A stretch of DNA of 64,000 nucleotides from an uncultured Bacillota bacterium (GCA_948466255.1 CAOJZV010000002.1:2874-66873); one strand, 5' to 3'. Positions 9,003 through 18,701 are shown, numbered from the stretch's first letter. Notes: generated by a model not told the origin, from the sequence alone. Numbers and translations: made by a program.

Positions 9003-10286
9003 ATGACTAAAGTAGGTTTATTACCAGCCGATACATACATCGTAAAGAATTGTACAGTATTAGATAATGAAAACCGAAATATACTACTTAAATTATATCA
9101 ACCGATAATTGGTAGTGTAGCTATTAATCTTTACCTAACACTTTGGAGTGATTTAGATACATCACAAATAATTTCAACCGAATACACTCATCATAGTTTG
9201 ATGACCAATACAAGATTAAAATTAGAAGATATTTTAGAGGCAAGAGAAAAGTTAGAAGCCATTGGTTTATTAAAAACATATCTAAAAAAAGGAAGTATAA
9301 ATAATTATATTTATGAGTTATATTCTCCATTAGAACCAAAAGAATTTTTAGAAAACCCAATACTCGCCACTGCTCTTCAAAATAACGTTGGTAAAAAAGA
9401 ATATAATAAAATAATAAAATTCTTCTCAATACCTAAAATAAATATCGAAGGGTATGAAGAAATAAGTGTTTCCTTTGGAGAAACATTTGATGTCAGTACA
9501 GACGTATTTACTAGCGATAATATTAGTGGAATCAGAAAAGTAAATCAAGTAGATATTATTGTAACTGAAAAAATAGATTTAAATAGTGTTATAGGCAATA
9601 TTCCAGATGAATATTTAAATAAAAAATCAATAACCAAGGAAATAAAATCATTAATATATAAACTGGCTTTTATTTATAATTTAAACGAAATAGAGTTAAC
9701 CGAATTAATTAGAAATTCGATAGATGAAAAACATATTATTGATAAAGATATATTAAGAAAAAATTGTAGTAATTATTATACTTTTGAACACAAAGGATCT
9801 ACACCTTCATTAATTTATAAAAATCAGCCAGAATATTTAAGAACAAAGGTTAGTGATAATTCAAAACTTTCAAAAATGATTTATACATACGAAACAACTT
9901 CCCCATATGATTTTCTTACCGGAAGAAATAAAGGCATAAAACCAAGTAAAAAAGATTTAAGCTTATTAGAAATCTTATTAATAGATTATGAACTCAATCC
10001 AGGTGTAGTTAATGTTTTAATAGACTATGTTTTAAAAATAAACAACAACAAACTTACAAAAAACTTCATTTTGACAATCGCTGACCAATGGAAAAGAAGT
10101 AATATCAAAACAGTAAAACAAGCTATGGATATATGTAAAAAAGAAAACAAAGCAAAAACAGAAATAAAAAAAGTAACTAAAACTGTTAAAAAAGAAGAAA
10201 AACCAATTTGGTATGGCAAAGAAGTAGAAGAAGAAACAGCCAGTGAAGAAGAAATTGCCAAATTAGAAGCAATGCTTAGGAAGTAG
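9003..10286 (+). CDS. dnaB: Replication initiation and membrane attachment protein (Bacillus-type DnaB, DnaD-domain family)
   Basis: N-terminus LYQPIIGSVAINLYLTLW is typical of the family. It lies directly upstream of dnaI, as in Bacillus. Confidence 0.8.
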   Translation: MTKVGLLPADTYIVKNCTVLDNENRNILLKLYQPIIGSVAINLYLTLWSDLDTSQIISTEYTHHSLMTNTRLKLEDILEAREKLEAIGLLKTYLKKGSINNYIYELYSPLEPKEFLENPILATALQNNVGKKEYNKIIKFFSIPKINIEGYEEISVSFGETFDVSTDVFTSDNISGIRKVNQVDIIVTEKIDLNSVIGNIPDEYLNKKSITKEIKSLIYKLAFIYNLNEIELTELIRNSIDEKHIIDKDILRKNCSNYYTFEHKGSTPSLIYKNQPEYLRTKVSDNSKLSKMIYTYETTSPYDFLTGRNKGIKPSKKDLSLLEILLIDYELNPGVVNVLIDYVLKINNNKLTKNFILTIADQWKRSNIKTVKQAMDICKKENKAKTEIKKVTKTVKKEEKPIWYGKEVEEETASEEEIAKLEAMLRK

Positions 10287-10294
10287 GTGCTAAA

Positions 10295-11218
10295 ATGCAA
10301 AAAGTAACAAACCTTACAAACAAAAAAAAGAATCTAAATATATCATTAGAAGAAGCATATGATGAAGCTCTAAAGGACGAAACATTTAAAGAAATAGTTT
10401 GTAAATTAAAAATGAAAAGAGAAAATCTTATAAATTATACGTCTACTTTAGAACAGTGCGCTGAAGAATATAATCACTGTAAAAACTGTAAAGGACTTAT
10501 AGAATGTAAAAATAAAATACAAGGTCATGCATTTTTACCTCGTATAGTCGAGGGAAATTTAGAATTTATATATAGACCATGTAAATATAAAATAAAAGCA
10601 GATAAACAAAATAGTTTTCAAAAATATACATATGTATATAACGTTCCAAAAGAAATATCTGAAGCGTCATTTAAAAAAATATATAAGAATGATAAAAAAA
10701 GATATGACACTATAATTTGGCTAACCGAATTCATGGGAAAATATAAAGAAAATAAAGAACAAAAGGGTTTATACTTATGTGGTAATTTTGGCTGTGGTAA
10801 AACATATTTAGTTTCTGCAATGTTTAATGAGCTTGCTAAAGATAAAATAAAAAGTGCTACTATCTTTTGGCCAGAATATTTAAGAGATTTAAAAGCATCA
10901 TTTAATTCCGAATATAAAAACGAATTTAATGAAAAATTTGATAAAATAAAAAAAGTACCACTATTACTTATAGATGATTTAGGAGCCGAAACGGTTACAC
11001 CATGGAATAGGGACGAAATCCTTTGTCCAATACTTCAATATAGAATGGATGAAAAATTACCAACATTTTTCACGTCAAATTTAAATTTAGAAGCATTAGA
11101 AACCCACCTTGCAATCACCAATAAGGGTGATGAAATAATCAAAGCAGGAAGAATTGTTTCTAGAATAAAACAATTAACCGAATATCAAGAATTAATTAGT
11201 AAAAACTTAAGAAAATAA
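10295..11218 (+). CDS. dnaI: Primosomal helicase loader DnaI
   Basis: N-terminal Cys cluster (CKNCKGLIECKN), AAA+ Walker A GNFGCGKTYL and Walker B LLLIDDLG. Confidence 0.9.
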   Translation: MQKVTNLTNKKKNLNISLEEAYDEALKDETFKEIVCKLKMKRENLINYTSTLEQCAEEYNHCKNCKGLIECKNKIQGHAFLPRIVEGNLEFIYRPCKYKIKADKQNSFQKYTYVYNVPKEISEASFKKIYKNDKKRYDTIIWLTEFMGKYKENKEQKGLYLCGNFGCGKTYLVSAMFNELAKDKIKSATIFWPEYLRDLKASFNSEYKNEFNEKFDKIKKVPLLLIDDLGAETVTPWNRDEILCPILQYRMDEKLPTFFTSNLNLEALETHLAITNKGDEIIKAGRIVSRIKQLTEYQELISKNLRK

Positions 11219-11470
11219 TTGACAAAACATAAATAAATGATAAAATGAATATATAGATTAAAAAGCAAAGAAAAGGACACGGTTATTAAAAAGTGTTTCA
11301 CAGTGAGTTTAGGATAGTGAAAACTAAACAAATAACTTTAATAACTACTACCTTAGAGCTGACACTGAAAGGTGTTTCCGGCAATGCCGTTATCCAAAAT
11401 AAGAAAAAGGTAGGATGGTACCGTGCATATGCACTCCTCACATTAGTGGGGAGTTTTTCTATTTTTTAAG
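11219..11470 (+). promoter_or_regulatory. Promoter plus T-box leader (tRNA-Thr-responsive) with a terminator/antiterminator
   Basis: TTGACA (11219-11224)-16 nt-TGaTAAAAT. T-box core AGGTAGGATGGTACCGTG at 11408-11425, whose UGGU would pair with an ACCA 3' end. Terminator ACTCCTCAC-ATTA-GTGGGGAGT (11433-11454) plus a T-run. ACU/ACC triplets lie in the putative specifier region (AACTACTACC). Confidence 0.75.
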
Positions 11471-11484
11471 GGGGAATAGCAGTA

Positions 11485-11955
11485 ATGAACAAAAAAGAAT
11501 TAGAAAAACAAAATAAAATCACAATAGAAGCATTCTTAAGAAATTATCTTGAAATAGATAACGAAAATATTATTGATGTGCTTTCAAGTTTAACTCATAA
11601 AGAATTTAAAAAAGTATGCAAAGAAATCCATAATTTACGCATAACTTCTATACCATTTGAAGCAGTAGAATTAGAAGATTTATGTATGGGAAACATAATT
11701 TTAGTTTATGATACCTGTGGAAATATCGCGCCTTATAAAAACCCTAACCAAAAAGGTATAATTGAAATTCATGAGGAAATACGTGATTATCCAGCACCTA
11801 AACTCTCATATTTAGACGCTCTTGAAGAAGTAGAATTCTATGAAGCAATAATAGATACAATTGAGAATAATCTAACTGACGAAACAAGTGACATTTCTTC
11901 ATTAGGATCTTTTAAAATCCCAGTAAAAGAAAGAAAATTAATTAGAAAGAGATGA
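11485..11955 (+). CDS. Hypothetical protein (156 aa) lying between the T-box leader and thrS
   Basis: ORF with RBS AAGGGGGA. Its stop codon is 4 nt before the thrS start. I recognise no motif. Confidence 0.6.
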   Translation: MNKKELEKQNKITIEAFLRNYLEIDNENIIDVLSSLTHKEFKKVCKEIHNLRITSIPFEAVELEDLCMGNIILVYDTCGNIAPYKNPNQKGIIEIHEEIRDYPAPKLSYLDALEEVEFYEAIIDTIENNLTDETSDISSLGSFKIPVKERKLIRKR

Positions 11956-11959
11956 TTAT

Positions 11960-13711
11960 ATGATAAATATAAAAGAGGATGAAAAATTAAATACTCTTAA
12001 TCACAGTGCAGCCCATTTACTTGCTCATGCTGTAAAACATTTATATCCTAATGCTAAATTTTGGGTAGGGCCAGTAATAGAAGAAGGATTTTATTATGAT
12101 ATTGATTTAGATGATGAAGTAATTACTGAAGAAGATTTAGCTAAAATCACTAAAGAAATGAAAAAAATAGTAAAATCAGATAAATTAATAAAAAGAATTG
12201 AACTTTCAAAAGAAGAAGCCTTAGAAATATTTAAAGACGATCCATATAAAATTGATTTAATTGAAAATATGCCTGAAGGAAAAATAATAACTGCCTATAA
12301 ACAAGATGATTTTATCGATTTATGTAGAGGTCCACATGTAGATACAACAAAAAAATTAAAGCATTTTAAATTATTAAAAGTATCAGGAGCTTACTATAAA
12401 GGTGATTCTAAAAATAAAGTCCTTCAAAGAATATATGGAATATGCTTTGAAAATGAAGAAGATTTAGAAAAACATTTAGCAGATTTAGAAGATGCTAAAA
12501 ATAGAGATCATAGAAAACTAGGAAAAGAATTAGAATTATTTATGTCTCATGAATTAGTAGGCCCAGGACTTCAAATGTGGCTTCCAAAAGGAGCAACAGT
12601 AAGAACTGAACTTGAAAACTACATTAGAACTAAAGAAACAAAAGAAGGATATAACCACGTTTATACACCAAGTTTAGGTAGTGTAGATTTATATAAAACA
12701 TCAGGTCATTGGGATCATTATAAAGACGATATGTTTCCAGTAATGAAAATGGATAATGAAGAATTAGTTTTAAGACCAATGAACTGTCCACATCACATGT
12801 TAGTATATAAAAACAAACCACATTCATATAGAGATTTACCTATTAGAATAGGAGAACTTGCTCCAGATTTCAGATATGAAGCTTCAGGAGCTGTATGCGG
12901 GCTTGAAAGAGTAAGACAAATGTGTCAAAATGATGCTCATCTTTTCGTAAGACCAGATCAAATAAAAGAAGAAGTATCAAGCGTTGTAAATTTAATTCTT
13001 TCAGTTTATGAAGATTTTAATATTAAAGATTATTCATTTAGATTATCATTAAGGGATAAAGATGATAAAGAAAAATACTTTGATGATGATGAAATGTGGG
13101 ATAAAGCAGAAACTGAACTTAGAAAAGTTTTAACAGATCTTAATTTAGATTTTTATGAAGCAAAAGGAGAAGCTGCATTCTATGGACCTAAATTAGATGT
13201 TCAAATTAAATCAGCAATAGGTCATGATGTAACACTTTCAACATGTCAATTAGATTTCTTACTTCCAGAAAGATTTGATTTAACATATACAAATGAAAAA
13301 GGTGAAAAAGTAAGACCAGTAGTAATTCATAGAGCAATTTTAGGAACCTTTGATAGATTTATGGCTTTCTTAATTGAAGAAACAAAAGGAGCATTTCCAC
13401 TTTGGCTTGCACCTACGCAAGTAAATATTATTCCAGTTAATAATGAGTATCACCTAAATTATTCTAAAGAATTAGAACAATTATTAAAAGATAATGACAT
13501 AAGAGTAAATTTAGACTCTAGAGACGAAAAACTAGGGTATAAAGTGCGTGAAAGCGTTACTAAAAAAATTCCATTCACTTTAATAATAGGTGATAAAGAA
13601 AGAGATACTAAAACAATTAGTTATCGTAAATATGGAACTGAAGAAACTGTAAATGTTTCTAAGGAAGAATTTATAGATTTATTAAACGATACAATTAAAA
13701 ATAAAAATTAA
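11960..13711 (+). CDS. thrS: Threonine--tRNA ligase lacking the N-terminal TGS domain
   Basis: The editing-domain motif HSAAHLLAHAV already appears at residues 15-25. Class II motifs are present (RDHRKLG, FRYEASG, GFYGPKLD-like). It is 583 aa versus about 640 aa for typical bacterial ThrRS. Confidence 0.93.
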   Translation: MINIKEDEKLNTLNHSAAHLLAHAVKHLYPNAKFWVGPVIEEGFYYDIDLDDEVITEEDLAKITKEMKKIVKSDKLIKRIELSKEEALEIFKDDPYKIDLIENMPEGKIITAYKQDDFIDLCRGPHVDTTKKLKHFKLLKVSGAYYKGDSKNKVLQRIYGICFENEEDLEKHLADLEDAKNRDHRKLGKELELFMSHELVGPGLQMWLPKGATVRTELENYIRTKETKEGYNHVYTPSLGSVDLYKTSGHWDHYKDDMFPVMKMDNEELVLRPMNCPHHMLVYKNKPHSYRDLPIRIGELAPDFRYEASGAVCGLERVRQMCQNDAHLFVRPDQIKEEVSSVVNLILSVYEDFNIKDYSFRLSLRDKDDKEKYFDDDEMWDKAETELRKVLTDLNLDFYEAKGEAAFYGPKLDVQIKSAIGHDVTLSTCQLDFLLPERFDLTYTNEKGEKVRPVVIHRAILGTFDRFMAFLIEETKGAFPLWLAPTQVNIIPVNNEYHLNYSKELEQLLKDNDIRVNLDSRDEKLGYKVRESVTKKIPFTLIIGDKERDTKTISYRKYGTEETVNVSKEEFIDLLNDTIKNKN

Positions 13712-13737
13712 AAGGCTTTAAATTTTGCCTTTTTTTT
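13711..13737 (+). terminator. Rho-independent terminator
   Basis: AAGGC-loop-GCCTT followed by T7. Confidence 0.65.
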
Positions 13738-13778
13738 GATATAATTGATAAAGTTAAAACTTTAAGGAGGAATTATAT

Positions 13779-15263
13779 ATGAGAGAAATTACAGAACAAG
13801 AACAAGTTAGAAGAGATAAGGCAGAAAATATAAAAAAACTTGGACTAGACCCATTTGGACAAAAATTTGAAAGAACTGGATATGCTAAAGAGATAAAAGA
13901 AAAGTATCAAGATATCCCACATGATGATTTTGAAAACATAAATGATGAATATATAGTTGCAGGAAGAATTATGTTTATAAGAAAAATGGGAAAGGCATCG
14001 TTTTTTACAATTCAAGATAAAACAGGAAAAATTCAAATATATATTTCAATAAACGATATTGGTGAAGAAAGCTATACTTTATTTAAAACTGCTGATATTG
14101 GAGATATTGTTGGAATTCGCGGAAAAGTTATGAAAACAAGGACAGGAGAAGTAACTTTAAAATGCCTAGAATATACACACTTAGTAAAAGCTTTAAAACC
14201 ACTTCCAGAAAAATTCCATGGTCTTACAGATATAGAAGAAAGGTATAGAAGACGTTATGTAGACTTAATTATGAACGATGAGTCAAAAAGAGTTGCAACA
14301 CTAAGACCAAAAATTATAAGATGTATTCAAAATTATATGGATAAACAAGGTTTTGTTGAAGTTGAAACACCAATCTTATCAACACTGTTAACCGGTGCTT
14401 CAGCTAGACCTTTTATCACACATCATAATACACAAGACCTAGATATGTATTTACGTATCGCCCTAGAACTTCCATTAAAAAGATTACTAGTAGGCGGCAT
14501 GGAAGCAGTTTACGAAATAGGAAGAGTATTTAGAAATGAAGGAATGGATCCAAAACATAACCCTGAATTTACCCTAATGGAAGCATATCTTGCTTATAGT
14601 GATTTAGAAGGTATGATGAATTTAACTGAAAACATGTACCAAACTATTGCTAAAGAAGTGATTGGGAAAATGAGCTATAATTGGTACGGACATGAAATAA
14701 ACTTAGAAGGTCCATGGAAAAGAATTAGTATGACCGATGCAATCAAAGAAAAAACCGGAATAGATTTCAAACAAGAAATGACAGTTGAAGAAGCATTAAA
14801 ACTTGCAAACGAACACCACATAGAAGTACAAGAACACGAAAAAACAGTTGGACATATAATAAATCTTTTCTTCGAAAAATATGTAGAAGAAACATTAATT
14901 CAACCAACATTTCTATATGGACATCCAATTGAAATTTCACCACTTACCAAGAAAAATCCCGAAGATCCAAGATTTGTTGATAGATTTGAATTATTTATTG
15001 CCGGCAAAGAATTTGCTAATGCCTATACTGAGTTAAATGATCCAATCGACCAATTAGAAAGATTTGAAGCCCAAATCAATGAAAGAGAATTAGGAAATGA
15101 TGAAGCCAACGATATAGATATGGATTTTGTTGAGGCTTTAGAATATGGAATGCCACCAGCAGGTGGAATTGGTTACGGAATAGATAGACTATGTATGTTA
15201 TTCTTAGAACAAGAATCAATTAGAGATGTTATCTTATTTCCAACAATGAAAGAAAGAAACTAA
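13779..15263 (+). CDS. lysS: Lysine--tRNA ligase (class II)
   Basis: OB-fold N-domain and class II motifs (FRNEG, GGIGYGIDRL). 494 aa. Confidence 0.95.
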   Translation: MREITEQEQVRRDKAENIKKLGLDPFGQKFERTGYAKEIKEKYQDIPHDDFENINDEYIVAGRIMFIRKMGKASFFTIQDKTGKIQIYISINDIGEESYTLFKTADIGDIVGIRGKVMKTRTGEVTLKCLEYTHLVKALKPLPEKFHGLTDIEERYRRRYVDLIMNDESKRVATLRPKIIRCIQNYMDKQGFVEVETPILSTLLTGASARPFITHHNTQDLDMYLRIALELPLKRLLVGGMEAVYEIGRVFRNEGMDPKHNPEFTLMEAYLAYSDLEGMMNLTENMYQTIAKEVIGKMSYNWYGHEINLEGPWKRISMTDAIKEKTGIDFKQEMTVEEALKLANEHHIEVQEHEKTVGHIINLFFEKYVEETLIQPTFLYGHPIEISPLTKKNPEDPRFVDRFELFIAGKEFANAYTELNDPIDQLERFEAQINERELGNDEANDIDMDFVEALEYGMPPAGGIGYGIDRLCMLFLEQESIRDVILFPTMKERN

Positions 15264-15286
15264 ACTACGAAATTTCGTAGTTTTTT
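15262..15286 (+). terminator. Rho-independent terminator
   Basis: Palindrome CTACGAAATTTCGTAG followed by T6. Confidence 0.75.
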
Positions 15287-15332
15287 ATAAAAATATAAAA
15301 AATATGTTATAATTTATAATAGGGTGATAGAT

Positions 15333-15722
15333 ATGAAAAAAAACGGATTTACTTTACTAGAACTTTTAGCTGTAATTGTAATAATTGGTTTAATAGCTTT
15401 AATTACATATCCAATAATTGATGATGTAATAACAAATTCAGAAAAAAAGACATTTAAAGCTAGTGTAGAAGAATTAGTCAATATTGCAGAAGTTGATTAT
15501 AACGAATTTGGACGAACCGGAGTTGTTACATATACCTTTAATGATAAGAATATAAGCTGTAATGTTTGTAAAGATAAAATTAAATATAATGGTGAAATAG
15601 AAGATGGAACTGGAACAATTATATTAAACAACGGAAAATTAAGTAATATAAATATTACAAGTAAATACTATAAAGCACAGTTAAACGATGATAAAAAAAT
15701 AGAAATTACCAACAAAGAATAA
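15333..15722 (+). CDS. Prepilin-type N-terminal cleavage/methylation domain protein (type IV pilin / ComGC-like pseudopilin)
   Basis: MKKNG|FTLLELLAVIVIIGLIAL is a class III signal with Glu at +5. The ATG at 15333 is preferred to the GTG at 15324. Confidence 0.85.
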   Translation: MKKNGFTLLELLAVIVIIGLIALITYPIIDDVITNSEKKTFKASVEELVNIAEVDYNEFGRTGVVTYTFNDKNISCNVCKDKIKYNGEIEDGTGTIILNNGKLSNINITSKYYKAQLNDDKKIEITNKE

Positions 15723-15812
15723 GAAATTATTCTTTTTTTGTCGAAATTTTTTTTGTAATAAAATAAATAATAGACAATATAATTAATTAGAAAAGTACCA
15801 GGAGGGATAACA

Positions 15813-16322
15813 ATGATAAACAAAAGAGGAATGTGGTTTTTAACATTATTTAGTTTGATATTAGTATTAAGTGTATATTATATAACAATGCCTAGCGAAT
15901 TATTAATGACAGCAAATAATAGTAAAGAAGAAACAAAAGAAACCGCCAAAGTTTCTGCTACAACTGAAGAAAGTGAGAGTGCAGAATTAGTTGCCTTAAG
16001 AGTAGAATCAGAAGAGCAATTATTAGATGAAATTAACGAATTAAAAACAGTACTAACAAACGCAAAAGCATCATCAGAAGAAAAAAATAAAGCGTTTGAA
16101 AAAATGCAAGCATTAAATCAAACAAGAGGTACTGAAGAGTCATTAGAGAAAAAAATCAAAAGCCAGCACAAATTAAAAGCTTTTGTTAAAATAAATGGTA
16201 GCGATATAACTGTAGTCGTAGATAGTACGAAGCACGATAAATCACTTGCCAATAAAATAATGCGTACAGTTCAAAACGAATTTAAAGAACACGTTAGTAT
16301 ATCAGTAAAATTTCAAAAATAA
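15813..16322 (+). CDS. spoIIIAH: SpoIIIAH-like sporulation protein
   Basis: The N-terminus MWFLTLFSLILVLSVYYITMP closely matches B. subtilis SpoIIIAH (WLLTMLSLVVVLSVYYIMSP, from memory). It is followed by an acidic linker and a YscJ/FliF-like C-terminal domain ending in ...SISVKFQK. Confidence 0.75.
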   Translation: MINKRGMWFLTLFSLILVLSVYYITMPSELLMTANNSKEETKETAKVSATTEESESAELVALRVESEEQLLDEINELKTVLTNAKASSEEKNKAFEKMQALNQTRGTEESLEKKIKSQHKLKAFVKINGSDITVVVDSTKHDKSLANKIMRTVQNEFKEHVSISVKFQK

Positions 16323-16364
16323 ACTCTATTAAGAGTTTTTTTCGCAATTTAGGCTTTTTCTCTC

Positions 16365-16391
16365 ACTAGTATCCATGTGGTGCATAAAATA
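16365..16391 (+). promoter_or_regulatory. Candidate sigma-K-type promoter upstream of gerE (AC-16 nt-CATAAAATA)
   Basis: AC at 16365-16366 and CATAnnnTA at 16383-16391. In B. subtilis gerE is sigma-K dependent. Confidence 0.3.
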
Positions 16392-16436
16392 ATATGAGTA
16401 AGTATAATCCACTTAGGCATAGGAAGTGAGGGGAAT

Positions 16437-16643
16437 ATGAAAAAAGGTATTCTAACAAAAAGAGAACGTGAAGTATTTGAGTTACTTATTAAAAACAAAA
16501 CAACAGGCGAAATAGCGGAAGAATTAAAAATAAGCGAAAAAACAGTTCGTAATCACATTTCAAACGCCATGCAAAAGCTTGGGGTAAAAGGACGTGCCGG
16601 GGCAGTAGTAGAACTACTAAAACTTGGAGAACTTTCTTTGTAA
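16437..16643 (+). CDS. gerE: LuxR/FixJ-type HTH spore-coat transcription regulator GerE
   Basis: 68 aa. LTKREREVFELL...EIAEELKISEKTVRNHISNAMQKLGVKGRAGAVVELLKLGEL is almost colinear with B. subtilis GerE. Confidence 0.88.
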   Translation: MKKGILTKREREVFELLIKNKTTGEIAEELKISEKTVRNHISNAMQKLGVKGRAGAVVELLKLGELSL

Positions 16644-16695
16644 AAAGGGTTAATAAAAAACCTTTTTTTTCATATTATTTAAATAGGTGATAGCT

Positions 16696-17664
16696 ATGCT
16701 AAAAAAATTAAGTATAAGAAAAATAGGATTAACAACAGCAGCATTATTCGCACTAACACTTATATATTTATTACCAAGTAATGATAGTAAGTTAGATATT
16801 GATTCAGAATTAGAATACGTTGATAGCAATATAGAAACAAGCCCAATTTTTTTAATCGATAAAAACAGTTATGCTGCTTTAACAGAAGTAGCCGTATCGG
16901 GTACTAGTGTCGAAGATAAAGTCAGAGAATTATTAAACATATTAACAGTTGGTGGTGCCGATAGTAAGATACCAAGTGGTTTTAGTGCCATTATTCCCCC
17001 AGATACCCAAATAAATAGTATAAAATATGATAACGGTTTAATTAAAGTAGATTTTTCTAAAGATTTATTAGACATAGATAAAGAATATGAGGAAAAATTA
17101 ATAGAAACCATAGTATATACCTTAACTTCTATAGATGGTGTGGATAAAGTGATAATATATATTGATGGTGAAATATTAACAACATTACCTAAAAGTAAAA
17201 TTAATCTTCCAAGTACATTAGATAGAGCCTTTGGAATAAACAAACAATATGAATTTACTAAGGCCGAAGATATTAATGATGTAACAGTTTATTACATAAA
17301 TGAAATAAATAACAAATATTACTATGTCCCAGTAACAAAATATTTAAATGATAGTAGGGATAAAATAACAATAATTATAGATGAGTTAACATTAGGATTT
17401 AACCATAATAAAAAACTTATGAGTTTTTTAAACGAGGATGCTAGACTTGTTTCAAGTAATGTTGATAATAAAAAAATGAATTTAGAATTTAATTCATATA
17501 TATTTGATGATGTAACAACCGAAGAAGTATTGGAGGAAGTAATTTATACCATTTGCCTTTCAGCAAGGGATAATTACGATATAGAAGAAGTAGTATTGAC
17601 AGTAAATAATAAAGAAATTTATAAAACTACTATGAAAAATCTTGAAACAAAACAAAATTTATAG
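16696..17664 (+). CDS. gerM: GerM-like (GerMN domain) sporulation/germination lipoprotein-like protein
   Basis: It has an N-terminal signal/anchor. Its length and motifs are consistent with two GerMN domains (IKYDNGLIKVDFSKD..., ...LTVNNKEIY). The call is made from pattern recall only. Confidence 0.6.
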   Translation: MLKKLSIRKIGLTTAALFALTLIYLLPSNDSKLDIDSELEYVDSNIETSPIFLIDKNSYAALTEVAVSGTSVEDKVRELLNILTVGGADSKIPSGFSAIIPPDTQINSIKYDNGLIKVDFSKDLLDIDKEYEEKLIETIVYTLTSIDGVDKVIIYIDGEILTTLPKSKINLPSTLDRAFGINKQYEFTKAEDINDVTVYYINEINNKYYYVPVTKYLNDSRDKITIIIDELTLGFNHNKKLMSFLNEDARLVSSNVDNKKMNLEFNSYIFDDVTTEEVLEEVIYTICLSARDNYDIEEVVLTVNNKEIYKTTMKNLETKQNL

Positions 17665-17695
17665 TATAATTAACTTGCATGTAAAAATGTAAGTT

Positions 17696-17772
<77 letters not shown>

Positions 17773-17933
17773 TTTAGTTAATAAGCTCTTTGATTTCAAA
17801 GGGTTTTTATTTATATAGAAGATAATTTGAATAAAGTTTATAGTGTAAACAAAATGTTTTTATATATTATAAATAGTTATATTTATTTGCAAAAACAATA
17901 TTGGCATTATATAATAATTTAAGAGGTGATATA

Positions 17934-18689
17934 ATGAAAAAATTAACTTGGAAACAAAGAGAAGAACTAATTCCCGATTACGAAATCCATCAATCATATA
18001 CAAAAGAAGAAATAGGTGAATCATTTTTAGCAATAAAAGGCATTGCCATAAATCACTATAATTTAAAAAGTTTAAATGATGAAGAAATAGAGGAAGCATT
18101 GTTTAACTTATATTTAATCGAACTTGAGAGTATGAAAGAAGAATTAGAAAAAATAATATTTTTAGATTATGCTGACAATTTTTTAAGTAAAATAAAAAAT
18201 CCATTATTAACAATGCTACAAATGATTAAACCAAATACTGAATTTAGAGATAATCAAAATTTATTTAAAACAAGACACGAATTATTAAAAATTAACCAAA
18301 ACATTACAGAAGATAGTTTTAATAAATATTTTTGTTCATTAGAAAATGGCTCATTATTTAACCGCATTACAAATGAAACAAAACCACTAGAAGAAGACTT
18401 CTTAGAAGAGCTAAAAGATAAAGAGGATGATTTGTTTGAAGAAAATAGCCAAATAGATCCAAATATAAGAGCAAAACATTATTTAAACCAAAGAAATTAT
18501 GACCCAGAATATTGGAATAGTTATTTTAATTACGTAGAAAATAAACGTCAAATATTATTAGAATATTTTACAGAAAATAACAAATTAGAAGAATTAGAAG
18601 ATTTTAGAGATATTGCCAACATTTATTATTTATATGCTTCATGGTATAAAATTGTAAATAAAAGTAAGAGAAAAGGAAAAACAATATAA
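17934..18689 (+). CDS. Hypothetical protein (251 aa)
   Basis: ORF with RBS AAGAGGTGA before the ATG at 17934. It is an acidic, helical-looking protein and I recognise no motif. Confidence 0.6.
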   Translation: MKKLTWKQREELIPDYEIHQSYTKEEIGESFLAIKGIAINHYNLKSLNDEEIEEALFNLYLIELESMKEELEKIIFLDYADNFLSKIKNPLLTMLQMIKPNTEFRDNQNLFKTRHELLKINQNITEDSFNKYFCSLENGSLFNRITNETKPLEEDFLEELKDKEDDLFEENSQIDPNIRAKHYLNQRNYDPEYWNSYFNYVENKRQILLEYFTENNKLEELEDFRDIANIYYLYASWYKIVNKSKRKGKTI

Positions 18690-18701
18690 CGTTTTTCCTT
18701 T

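Noticed and set aside
11485-11955. The idea that the 156-aa ORF upstream of thrS is the detached TGS domain of ThrRS.
   Set aside because: It has no resemblance to the TGS beta-grasp pattern (…I.lpDG….G.T..diA..I…) and is more than twice the domain length. The idea is kept only as an unknown co-transcribed ORF.
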